From NCBI RefSeq assembly GCF_963676685.1, contig NC_092355.1, forward strand, positions 15,624,001 to 15,688,000: a stretch of DNA of 64,000 bases. Reading direction: 5' to 3'. The notes below the pieces were generated by a model. It ran no database searches. It saw nothing but the letters and a program-made list of their open reading frames with translations, and was not told the origin of the DNA. The position numbers and the translations under genes are program-made. Shown one piece after another: positions 13,684 to 24,881 of the stretch (position 1 is the first letter of the stretch; the number at the start of each line of letters is the position of its first letter). This stretch comes from Mytilus edulis. Lineage: Eukaryota.

Positions 13684-16298
13684 TGTAAGACTCAAGATCG
13701 ACGTCCGATCTCTAATCGACGTCCGTTCCTCAAATCGACATCCAAATCTGACGTCACAATAACATATCCTTCCAAATCGACGGCCAATGTTATGCCTATC
13801 TAATCGACGTCCATTTTTTTTTTTGGCTTCTCTAATCGACGTCCAATTTCTAGCTTCTATAATAAACGTCCGTTTTGAAACATAATACAAAACTGACAAA
13901 ACCGACAGTAGCCGAAATCTTAAGACCTTTTAACAAATTGTGTGTGACGGATAGGATCTATATAAAAAAAATGTTTAAAAGATTTAAAACATACTAGACT
14001 AAATATGTACACAGGTTGTGATATATATTTTTTTTTAATTTTAGTGATTACATGAAAATAAGGAGATGTGGTATGACATGAATAATGTAAACAATTCAAA
14101 TTAGAAAGTGAACAGTCTTATTTATAAAAAAAAAATCCGAAAATCAAATATGATAGACATAAACCATCAAAAACCACTGCACTACAGACCCATACAGAAT
14201 ATGACTGGGTTAAACAAGTGTGTTAGCACTCAACCTAGAACAGTTGTGTAACAGCACAACATAAAAAATAATGCAAAATGTTTGAGTATATGTTTCAGGT
14301 GTAAAAGTCAAATATTTGTTGCAAAATGTAAGGAAATTTGTCCAAATTATAATACTCTAAATACGATTGGCTATACTTCTATATTTTGTCTATAATTGTT
14401 GAAGAGTGAATAATGTCCTGCAAATGTAGTTTGTTTGGGGTTTGGTGTCGTTAAGTTGCTTTCTCTTAGACATCCAATTACATTAATTAACATGCATAGG
14501 AATGACACACTACTATGTAGATCAATTTGATTAACTTTGTATCAAGATAAACTTTAATATGCATGATACCTATTTCGTGTTGGAAAAAATCTATATGAAA
14601 AGTGTGTATAAATGTTTGAACCCTACAAAATATGTACATAATTAAGGTAACACGATACCGAATGGCATATCTCCCGATTTCCAAACTTTTTGGCACACCT
14701 GTTCTTTGAATCGAGTTACATCGGAATATGTAATAAAACATGGGGGTCACAATTTTTGTTTTCTTGGTATGTTAATAGGAAAACGTCAATTTTGGCGACA
14801 ACTTCACATGGGTATAAGTGGAAATGCCTATTTTTCGGCTTACCTTTTCAGATTTTCCAATGGAACGCTATGTTCTTATATACGGAGAAAAACAAAAAAC
14901 TAACATAATATCCAGGATTGCATAATAAATCCATACACGTAAAGAAACTCTTATGTCACAATTCTTGTTTTTGAGATAAATGGCTTCAAAGTTGATTGAT
15001 ACCCTTAGAATTTGACCGAAAACGTGTGACGTTATTGAATACATAATGTAACGTTGTTCCTACTCAGAGATATGGAAAACAAAATATGTGTCGAGATCTG
15101 AATGGTGTTTATTTTATTTTCATTTACCGTGTCGTGTTTTGTAAATTTCCTCGTAACTGCAATTTGAAATTCTACTGATACAATTTATTTCTTCCTGCAC
15201 ATGGAAATTTCACTCATATGAATTACATTAATCTCGTCTGATTTTCACACCAAACGAGCAAATACTTAAAACTTGCTTGAACTGGTTGGTTCCACGTGAA
15301 TCTGAATATATGATATAGTTCATATATAAATCACCGGAATTTGGTACACGTTATTCAAATAATATCTTTATTCTAAAATTTAATTAAGATTATGAAAAAT
15401 ACCGTATTTTTGTAAAGTTCACGTGAAAATAACATGAAAAATTTCACGTGTGATTCAGTTGAATTACTGACTTTTGTACTTCATTCTTTAAGACAATGGT
15501 GGTGTCATTGCTTCATCCATGCAGAAATAGATTAGTTCAGTTAGAAGTTTTATAATTCTTCGATTTTTGATGAGTGTGTAACGTTCAGTGGCAAATAGTT
15601 CATTCATGTTCAGTACGATACAATACAATTTAGAAAACAGTTGTTTATATAAAAGACACATATGATGCATTAGTCAAAAAAGGTTTAACATTCTGTAAGT
15701 TGTGAAAATTATGAGGGAAAATAATGATCCTGATAAAATACAAATTCTAAAAAATAAAATAACAAAACTCAAAGAAAAATTCAAAACTTATATTCTTGAC
15801 TTGCTACATACATTAGTATAGTGTACCCTGCGTGGTGTAAATGTGTGAGTTGATTTCTCAGCAAGTCGGACAAACATTGCAAACTGTATGAAAAATTTCA
15901 CAAAGTTCAACAGTCTGTCATTTGTGGAAAATTATTTACAAAACAAATCTTGAGATCATATATGCATTCTTTAAGTAAAACAAACTGCGAAAACGTTAAC
16001 TCATGGCGTAACGTCATTCGGTATCGTGTTACCTTAAGTTCAGTAATTTATTATTTATTGATATTAAACATCGATTAAAGACGACTAAATTCAATCGGAT
16101 GTAGTTATGGCAATACATGACGTCACATTGGACGTCGATTAGATGGTTAAGATATTGGACGTCGATTTGACAATGTGGCGTCAGATTTGGACGTCGATTT
16201 GACAATGTGGCGTCAGATTTGGACGTCTATTTGAGAAACAGACGGTGATTTGAGGAACGGACGGCGTTTAGATGCCGGACGTCGATCTGAGACTAACA
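13684..16298. mobile_element. Non-autonomous TIR element with TGT...ACA ends and 4-bp TSD (superfamily unassigned)
   Basis: TGTAAGACTCAAGATCGACGTCCG ... CGGACGTCGATCTGAGACTAACA; many subterminal TCGACGTCC motifs in inverted orientation; TSD CATA (13680-13683, 16299-16302). Confidence 0.8.
14646..16033. mobile_element. Kolobok-like non-autonomous DNA transposon nested in the 13684-16298 element
   Basis: Perfect 19-bp TIR GGTAACACGATACCGAATG / CATTCGGTATCGTGTTACC, TTAA on both sides. Confidence 0.85.
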
Positions 16299-16303
16299 CA
16301 TAT

Positions 16304-17129
16304 ACTAGAGGTTACAATGAGCCTGTGTCGCTCACCTGATATTTTTATTTTATTGATGCATGAAATGATGTTATCGTTATACTTTTGATTTAGTTTCAGA
16401 GATATAAGTCAAAAACTACATTTCCCCCTATGTTCTATTTCTAGTCATGTCTGTCATGTTGGTTAGCAGCATGGTGATGAGGCACATTTTTTTTTAAACT
16501 AAATACACTTATGCTTATTGTGACCAAGTTTGGTTAAATTTATATGAGTTGTTTCAGATGACTTTTGTAAAAGATACAAAAATTTGCGAAAAATTGTTAA
16601 ATTTTGTCTTTAAAGGGCAGTAACTCCTTATGGGATCCATTGAACATTTTAATCATGTTCGACTTATTGTAGATCTTACTTCACTGAACAATATTGCTAT
16701 TAACAGTTTATCGTTGTCTATAGTAAAATTCAAGATAATTACCTAAAACTGCAAAATTTCCTTAAAATTACCAATTCAGGTGCAGAAACCCAACAAAGGG
16801 TTGTCCAGTTTGTCTGAAAATTTCAAGGCAAATAGATCTGGAACTGATTAACTATTTTACCTCATGTCAGATTAGCTCTAAATACTTTGGTTTCAGAGAT
16901 ATAAGCCAAAATATTCATTTACCCGTATTGCTTTTTCAGCCATGTTAGTTGGCCGGGTCATCGGACACATTTTTTAAACTAGATATCACAATAATTATTG
17001 TGGCCAAGTTTGGCTCAGTAGTTTAAGAGAAGGAATTTTCTGTAAAGGTAAACGACGACGGACAACGGACGACGAACGCCAAGCGATGAGAAAATCTCAC
17101 TTCCCACTTTGCGCCAGGTGAGCTAAAAA
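16304..17129. mobile_element. Helentron-associated (HINE-like) non-autonomous element
   Basis: 5' GCTCACCTG matches 3' CAGGTGAGC, GACG-type microsatellite near the 3' end, terminal hairpin followed by an A-run. Confidence 0.55.
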
Positions 17130-17526
17130 CGAAACTTGTACTCTGATACGTCATTGTTTAATACATATAGTTTAATGAACAAGATATATTTACAATTATT
17201 CAGTGTATCCTTTTATCTTGTTTTAATTGTTTCAATGGGCTAAAAATTCATCGTGTTCATCTAAATGCTGATCAACAATGCAATTGGATGAAAAGAATTA
17301 TACGTATCTATACATGCTATAGGAAAGTAGAATGCTTCTGCTACATAAATATTGGCTGTTTTTGACAATACAATACACATATATCGGGTACAAGCATCCT
17401 TAAGTCATGCTAAGTTACTGAAATCCTCACAGTTTTACATTTAAGTTAAATTTTAGACGGTTTCCGTCTTCAATGAAAGTCATTCTTAACATTGAAATGT
17501 AAGTTGCATTTGATGATAATACATAT

Positions 17527-18666
17527 TGTTACGGTTTAGGGTATAAGCTGTAGGTTTGTACATACGACTCTATCGGGCTACTCAGTAAACACTCATTTCT
17601 ATTTTTGCGTTCGTCGTTTATTGTTAGCCAACGCGTATACAAAGACATTTGATGAACATTATGTATACTTATATATTGTTATTGTATGTAAATATTGTTA
17701 GTAAGGTATTTGGGAAAAATAGTATAGAGTTCGTCTTCATTGTTTGACCATGGGGGGTTCCCTGACTGAACGACTGTTCCCACCTTCTGTTTACCCTTAT
17801 TTCACACGTTCCTGCTTTATTACCTTGTTATTTTATTAGCGTAAGGCATGAATATTGTAACCGGGGCCCATACATGCTAAGAGTAAGCTTAGATAAGTCC
17901 CGTTTGTCCATTTCCCGACTCGACAGAATGTCAACATTCCGATCGCCGCCATTTGCATCACTATGTTTATTGACGTCAGTGACCTAATGACCTGAGATCA
18001 GCATCCAATCAGCATAACGTTATTTGCCCACCATCTCCATAGGGGCACGAGAAGTTGGTGGGACAGAGATATAAAAGCAAGTGCACAACAGTCTTCAGCT
18101 AGACTGCGGCCCGCTACCAGGGCAGTCACTCCTGATACCAAGGAAACTTACCAAAGGCAAGCAAACCAAAAGTGCCGCAGTCGATGCAATACATGTACCT
18201 TTGCATCCCCGTTGGATAAATGGACCAAACCATAATTGACCTAGATGTTTTACTACGTGTACTACGATGTTGACAAACGATTAACGTACCGAAAAGGGGG
18301 GTCTCTGTATATTTTATCAAGTGTTCTGTTGGGTTTTCATGTAATTTATACTTGGAATAGTATTGAATGTTTTGTATATAATAAATTGTGAAGCTTTATT
18401 AATCTTGTTATCTGTTGTACATGTAGTTAGTAAGTCAATGTAAATGAGTTTCTGTGCTACCATATTTAGACCAATGCCTTAACTGTTTTGCCTGCTACGC
18501 TACCATAGTCTTGACCATTTTACCAGCTACGCTACCAGTATAACTTAGTTTGTAACTCGACACCAGAGTTGACAGATCTATACTAGAATTTACCAAGAAT
18601 AAAGTAACCAGTGTGTTAACCTCATAATAATACCTTTTACTTTTGGGACACCCCCGTCCCGTAACA
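17527..18666 (+). repeat. 5' LTR (1140 bp)
   Basis: TG...CA ends with an 8-bp inverted repeat; differs from the 3' LTR at about 5 positions seen by eye (17661, 18259, 18263, 18411, 18602). Confidence 0.95.
17945..18077 (+). promoter_or_regulatory. LTR U3 Pol II promoter
   Basis: GCCGCCATTT (YY1-like), ATTTGCAT octamer 17951, TGACGTCA CRE 17971, TGACCTaaTGACCT DR2 17980-17993, CCAATCAG 18005, TATAAAAG 18070; AATAAA at 18380; all duplicated in the 3' LTR. Confidence 0.7.
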
Positions 18667-18669
18667 TTT

Positions 18670-18687
18670 TGTGTCCGGCGGTGGGAT
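18670..18687 (+). other. Degenerate primer-binding site (tRNA-Leu-like)
   Basis: TGTGTCCGGCGGTGGGAT 3 nt after the LTR; the last 10 nt match the tRNA-Leu-type PBS TGGTGGCAGCGGTGGGAT but the canonical TGG is absent. Confidence 0.55.
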
Positions 18688-18790
18688 ACGTATAAAACCA
18701 CACCTTGAGAGTAGAGACTTGAACCCGTATATATAATTTATGAAATTTTTTAACTTACTTGTACAACAGAGTTTCATTTAAACAATTAAC

Positions 18791-19855
18791 ATGAGTAGTT
18801 GCGTTAGTCCTTCAGAAAATTATGTTCCTGACAGTCGTGCATCTACCCCAGTTAGTGATAAATCTTGTGCATCAAGGCCAGATGATGTAGTAAATACCAT
18901 GAATAAGAAGGTTGAGGTCTATACAAATATAGTAAACCAGTTCAGTAGAAATTTGAATACCCTAGGGGACCGTTTTAATAGATTTGAAACACAGTTAAAG
19001 ATAAATAATGAAAAAGTAGAAAAGCTTGAAAATCTTTCTGAATTACTTTTAAGTAGTATATCGAAAATAGAAGACCAGGTGGCAAATTTGTGTATGAGTG
19101 TTTTAGATAAAATACCAAAAGTTACCAATGATTGTTCATGTGAGAATACAAGTTCTAATGTTACCAATAAAGTATGCGGGAGTAGTGAATCAAACCAGTT
19201 GTCTAACCGAGAACCAGTATGCATCGAGACTATAGGGTATACAAAACCATCAAAATATGATGGGACCACTAACTGGCTTGAGTACAAGTTACATTTTGAG
19301 GCTGTTGCAAAATTAAATAATTGGTCTGAAGATATAAAAGTTTTAAAGCTTATTACATGTATGAATGGTGCTGCTTTGTCGACTTTAGCTGATATTGAGA
19401 TAGATAATATCCCAACATATTGTTATTTAGTTAAACTGTTAACCAAAAGGTTTGCTCCTGAAAACCTGACAGATGTATATATGTCACAAATTGATGCTTG
19501 TGTTAGAAAACCAGGTCAACCATTGCAGGAACTGGCGGATAATATAAAAAGGCTAGTCAGAATGGCTTACCCATCCGCGAGTCTCGATACCAGAGACTAT
19601 TTAACTTATAGGGCATTTAGAAAAGCACTAAATGATCATGATTTAGAATTGGCTATTGTACAAAGCAATGTAGAAACCATTGACGGAGCGTTGTACTGTG
19701 CTCTGAAATATGAAACGTTTAGGGATAGAGAGAAAAAGTTTAGACAGCAACCAAAATCTGAAACGTCTGTTTGTATGAATGCCAAGGCAAACCAGACCTG
19801 TTATTTCTGTAATGAGAAAGGACACGCCATTAGAGACTGTCCTAAGAGAACTTAA
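18791..19855 (+). CDS. gag: Retrotransposon Gag (N-terminal coiled coil, Ty3/Gypsy capsid, CCHC zinc knuckle)
   Basis: Intact 354-aa ORF; heptad-rich LNTLGDRFNRFETQLKINNEKVEKLENLSELL; capsid motif KPSKYDGTTNWLEYKLHFEAVAKLNNW; C-terminal CYFCNEKGHAIRDC (CX2CX4HX4C), then stop. Confidence 0.92.
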   Translation: MSSCVSPSENYVPDSRASTPVSDKSCASRPDDVVNTMNKKVEVYTNIVNQFSRNLNTLGDRFNRFETQLKINNEKVEKLENLSELLLSSISKIEDQVANLCMSVLDKIPKVTNDCSCENTSSNVTNKVCGSSESNQLSNREPVCIETIGYTKPSKYDGTTNWLEYKLHFEAVAKLNNWSEDIKVLKLITCMNGAALSTLADIEIDNIPTYCYLVKLLTKRFAPENLTDVYMSQIDACVRKPGQPLQELADNIKRLVRMAYPSASLDTRDYLTYRAFRKALNDHDLELAIVQSNVETIDGALYCALKYETFRDREKKFRQQPKSETSVCMNAKANQTCYFCNEKGHAIRDCPKRT

Positions 19856-20237
19856 TCGTTAATGTTTGTTACATTCAGATACCATGAATGTTAGCATGTG
19901 AACATGTTTTTTTTATATATATATTTGTTATGAAAATGAGATTTTTACCAGTAATAGTCATTTTCGATACCTGAAAGTGAGTTTTGTACCAGTAATACTT
20001 GTAGTAATTTTTGATACCGGAAAATGAGTTTGTTAAATATTTCAGTATTTTTATAAAGAGTTGCACCTCGTTAAATATTTATTGTTCTATCAGTTGAAAC
20101 TGCAGAGGTGGTGTTATGTACGCATTCATGTTACCAATGAATAACCTTTTTATAGACCATTGTATGATAAACAGAGTTGTATGGTTGGACCTTTTTTGAC
20201 TACAGTATTATTTACTAGTATACAGAAATATTCTGAT

Positions 20238-20806
20238 TGACTCATCGACGTGTCTGTGTGACGGATGGAAGGTCTGTGGAATATTTTTATTTGGTATTGT
20301 CCCGGTGACTCACCGACGTGTCTATGTGACGGGTGGAATGTCTGTGGAGTATCATACAGTATTTGATTTACCTATATTAGTTTACCAGTGTTCACGGTGA
20401 CTCATCGACGTGTCTGTGTGACGGATGGAAGGTCTGTGGAATATTTTTATTTAGTATTGTCCTGGTGACTCACCGACGTGTCTGTGTGACGGGTGGAATG
20501 TCATACAGTATTTGTTTTACCTATATTAGTTTACCAGTGTTCCCGGTGACTCATCGACGTGTCTGTGTGACGGATGGAAGGTCTGTGGAAAATTATTTTT
20601 ATTTGGTATTGTCCCGGGGACTCACCGACGTGTCTAAGTGACGGGTGGAATGTCTGTGGAATACCAAGCAGTATTTATGTTACCAATTTTAGTTTGCCAG
20701 TGTTCCAGGTGACTCATCGACGTGTCTGTGTGACGGATGGAAGTTCTGTGGAATATTTTCATATGGTATTGTTGTGATTCGCTGACGTGTCTTTGTGACG
20801 GGTGAC
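20238..20806 (+). repeat. Internal array of 8 alternating A/B repeats (about 4 x 150-160-bp dimers) in the retroelement 3' region
   Basis: Core TGACTCA(T/C)CGACGTGTCTGTGTGACGG(A/G)TGGAA at 20238, 20306, 20398, 20466, 20547, 20618, 20710, 20775. Confidence 0.95.
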
Positions 20807-21196
20807 ATGCACAATTTAAAGTACCATTTATTTAGCCACTTATTTATTTGAACCAACTGTACCATGAAGTTTAAACCAAGTAGAGCAAGCACTTTACATT
20901 GAAACAAGATATATACTAATATCCAGAGTTGTGAGTATCTCAATTCCAGAGATACAATATTATACCATGTTTAACACCATATTATTGACACCAGAATTAT
21001 AGTACAAATGTTTGATCTCAGTACCAGATATCGAAACTATAGAACTAATGATGATTATTGTGATTAATTTACCATGTCGACAGAGCCAGCAACCACACAA
21101 AGAAGATCCGGTTTTATTTTTTTAGTAGGTTGATAAGTAGGTATTTATTAGGTAGGTGTTCTATTATTTTTAAGTTCGAGGACGAACTCTTATCCT

Positions 21197-21209
21197 GGGT
21201 TGGGGGTAG
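21197..21209 (+). other. Polypurine tract
   Basis: GGGTTGGGGGTAG immediately 5' of the 3' LTR, preceded by TTCGAGGACGAA. Confidence 0.75.
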
Positions 21210-22349
21210 TGTTACGGTTTAGGGTATAAGCTGTAGGTTTGTACATACGACTCTATCGGGCTACTCAGTAAACACTCATTTCTATTTTTGCGTTCGTCGT
21301 TTATTGTTAGCCAACGCGTATACAAAGACATTTGATGAACATTGTGTATACTTATATATTGTTATTGTATGTAAATATTGTTAGTAAGGTATTTGGGAAA
21401 AATAGTATAGAGTTCGTCTTCATTGTTTGACCATGGGGGGTTCCCTGACTGAACGACTGTTCCCACCTTCTGTTTACCCTTATTTCACACGTTCCTGCTT
21501 TATTACCTTGTTATTTTATTAGCGTAAGGCATGAATATTGTAACCGGGGCCCATACATGCTAAGAGTAAGCTTAGATAAGTCCCGTTTGTCCATTTCCCG
21601 ACTCGACAGAATGTCAACATTCCGATCGCCGCCATTTGCATCACTATGTTTATTGACGTCAGTGACCTAATGACCTGAGATCAGCATCCAATCAGCATAA
21701 CGTTATTTGCCCACCATCTCCATAGGGGCACGAGAAGTTGGTGGGACAGAGATATAAAAGCAAGTGCACAACAGTCTTCAGCTAGACTGCGGCCCGCTAC
21801 CAGGGCAGTCACTCCTGATACCAAGGAAACTTACCAAAGGCAAGCAAACCAAAAGTGCCGCAGTCGATGCAATACATGTACCTTTGCATCCCCGTTGGAT
21901 AAATGGACCAAACCATAATTGACCTAGATGTTTTACTACGTTTACGACGATGTTGACAAACGATTAACGTACCGAAAAGGGGGGTCTCTGTATATTTTAT
22001 CAAGTGTTCTGTTGGGTTTTCATGTAATTTATACTTGGAATAGTATTGAATGTTTTGTATATAATAAATTGTGAAGCTTTATTAATCTTGTTAACTGTTG
22101 TACATGTAGTTAGTAAGTCAATGTAAATGAGTTTCTGTGCTACCATATTTAGACCAATGCCTTAACTGTTTTGCCTGCTACGCTACCATAGTCTTGACCA
22201 TTTTACCAGCTACGCTACCAGTATAACTTAGTTTGTAACTCGACACCAGAGTTGACAGATCTATACTAGAATTTACCAAGAATATAGTAACCAGTGTGTT
22301 AACCTCATAATAATACCTTTTACTTTTGGGACACCCCCGTCCCGTAACA
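21210..22349 (+). repeat. 3' LTR (1140 bp)
   Basis: Near-identical copy of 17527-18666. Confidence 0.95.
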
Positions 22350-23032
22350 ATATCATATGTAAAGGTTTAAGATGAACACGGATGCGGCCATTTTCATTTT
22401 TGTCAAAAAACATCTGAAAAGTGGCATTTTTTAATAGATTTTCATATATAAGCTTGAATTGGAGCGTTTTTAATGACTACATCGGTTAAAAAAATTCACA
22501 TTAACTAATTAAATCAACTGAAATAGACACTTTAAAGTTGAAAAAAGTGTCCAAAATCTTTCGTTAGATGAACCTGAAATTTAAGACCAAAATCGTCCCT
22601 TACCGGACATACTCCTTTATTTCGAATCCAGATTGACATATGTTTCGAAGACGTGAAATAAATAGCCAATACTATATACGTCTGAGAAGAGTTCATTCCT
22701 GTTAGAATGAAAGTAAGAAGATATCAAAGGTACGAAAAGAAATCTAAGAATTAGAAATACATAAATAACAAAGAGAAGGCAAATTCATTAAACGTCACAA
22801 CTAGGCTTGAAATAAGTAATAGAAATCCCATTCTCAAATATCCAAATACATTCATATATATAGCATGATATTTGTCTATTTTGATTACAACATGTATATG
22901 GATACATATATCAGCCAAAGTTATTTGTTTATTCCATCCACATTTGCAATTTCATGTTATAACCAGTTTTTTAGAATGTATTTGTAACACTCATAAACGT
23001 GTCCATCCCCTCAAAATCAGGACGCTAAACAT

Positions 23033-24214
23033 ATAAAAGAGGGACGAAAGATACCAAAGGGACAGTCAAACTCATAAATCTAAAACAAACTGACAACGCC
23101 ATGGCTAAAAATGAAAAAGACAAACAGAAAAACAATAGTACACATGACACAACATAGAAAACTAAAGAATAAACAACACGAACCCCACCAAAAACCAGGG
23201 GTGATCTCAGGTGCTCCGGAAGGGTAAGCAGATCCTGCTCCACATGTGGCACCCGTCGAGTTGCTTATGTGATTACAAATGCGGTAAATAGTCTAATTCG
23301 GTCACATTCATGAAAGGGAAGGGGATTGTAGTTACGACGTAAGGAACATATCCGATATCATTTGTGAAACGGTTATTCCATAACGGTCAACCAACTCGTG
23401 ATGGCGTCCGTAAAATTTACGAAGGGATGATTTCAACTTCACCATTTGGAACTCTTGATTTAATAGCTTCCTTGTGAGCAGTAACCCTCTATCAAGAAAA
23501 TCATGATAGGAAATGCAAGCACGGGAATATCGTATCAATTGGGAGATATATACCCCGTATGCAGGTGCTGCTGGAATGTTGCTACTTAGAAATGGAAAGT
23601 TCACAATTAGAAAGCTAAAATCATCTCTTTTGTCGTAAAGTTTTGTTTTCAACCGACCCTCATTGTCAATTTCTAGATGTAAGTCAAGATATGAAGCCGA
23701 CTTAACTGTATCTGTAGTATCCTTTATCTCCAATTCGATGGGATAGATGCGTTCCACATAGTCACCAAATTTTGAATTGTTTAGTGAAAGAACGTCATCT
23801 CTATAGCGGAAAGTAGAGTTTAAGGATATTGCTAACTTCTTATCTTTCTTCCTAAGAAGTTCCTGCATGAAGTCAGCCTCATAATAATAAAGAAACAAGT
23901 CGGCAAGTAGAGGGGCACAGTTTGTTCCCATTTGGGATGCCGACAGTCTGTTGAAAAACCCGTCCTCCGAACGTTACAAATATGTTGTCAATCAAGAAAT
24001 CAAGCATCTTGATAACATCGGTTTCAGAGAATATTTTGTTTGAATCAGAATGATTCTTTACAAAGTATGATTTATCCCTCCCTTAGACAAGATACTTGTA
24101 TCTACGTTGGCCATTCTTTTTTATGAAGCAAAGTAATACCAACTCTTTCAATTTGTCTTTTAGTTTGGAATATGGAATACTTGTGTACAGAGTAGAAAAG
24201 TCAAATGTTTTTAT
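23033..24214 (-). mobile_element. 5'-truncated Penelope-like retroelement (RT pseudogene plus 3' repeat)
   Basis: KTFDFSTLYT..QQTVGIP/MGTNCAPLLADLFL..RYRDD..KLYDKRDDF..SNIPAAPAYGVYISQLIRY; frameshift near 23932, internal stop, RT catalytic motif reads YRDD; the 3' repeat recurs at ~34487. Confidence 0.85.
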
Positions 24215-24781
24215 ATAATTGTTTATTAAAACCCAATTCTGTCTGTTTCTTTTTTTTCAAACATTTATAAATTATGAGGCTGGTATTAGGAATGCTTATG
24301 ATACTCTCAAAGTTATGTTCTATGCTCTTCAGTTAAATACAACCAACCAACGTTAATTACGTCGCTGAGGACATATAAGCTTTTGAAGTGTTCAGTCGTT
24401 GTAATGTTTTAAAATTGACAAGTTTTGGGAGACAACTATTGTTTGAAACGTTTGGGTATGTGAAATTAGACACCTGTGGCTTATTTGAAATTCTGAGGAC
24501 ACGTTTGTGCATACCGGATACGTGTGGGGGAATAGGCACGTTTGTGAATTTAGCATATTTTAAAATTGGCGTTTTTTTTAGTTATTGAAGATAATAACCA
24601 GGGACCAATGAAACGCAAAAATAAAAGTTCGTAAATTGGTTTAGCACAATAAATCAATAAACACAGGAGAAGAATTGCTTTTTACAAAAATCATTAAAAA
24701 TAAACGTATGTAACAATAGTCACTTATATTAAACACAGTGGTTTTTTTTTCAGTTTGTAAATCTGATGTTTAAAGTTTAAA

Positions 24782-24881
24782 TTAATCAATAACTGTAAAG
24801 TATATATCGTTGTTACAGGTATTCCTGTTTTCCATCTTTAAATCAGCGTATTGGGATGTGTCCTTGAAAAGTTCAGTTCTC
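24782..24881 (-). CDS. Exon 8 (last coding exon) of type I membrane protein: cytoplasmic tail
   Basis: Acceptor ttttttgtag|; phase 2; KRTELFKDTSQYADLKMENRNTCNNDIYFTVID*. Confidence 0.7.

Larger units (their letters stand above)
17527..22349 (+). mobile_element. Ty3/Gypsy-type LTR retrotransposon, gag-only (non-autonomous), recent insertion
   Basis: Two 1140-bp direct repeats TGTTACGG...CCGTAACA; 4-bp TSD ATAT (17523-17526, 22350-22353); PBS-like and PPT motifs; single gag ORF; no PR/RT/RH/IN sequence recognisable. Confidence 0.95.

Noticed and set aside
18126-18320. 64-aa minus-strand ORF duplicated at 21809-22003
   Set aside because: Duplicated only because it lies in the LTR; non-ATG start and no motif
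18919-19287. 122-aa antisense ORF
   Set aside because: Shadow of gag on the opposite strand
20238-20806. CRISPR-like repeat-spacer array
   Set aside because: The linkers are themselves repeated (two alternating types), there are no cas genes, and the context is a eukaryotic retroelement
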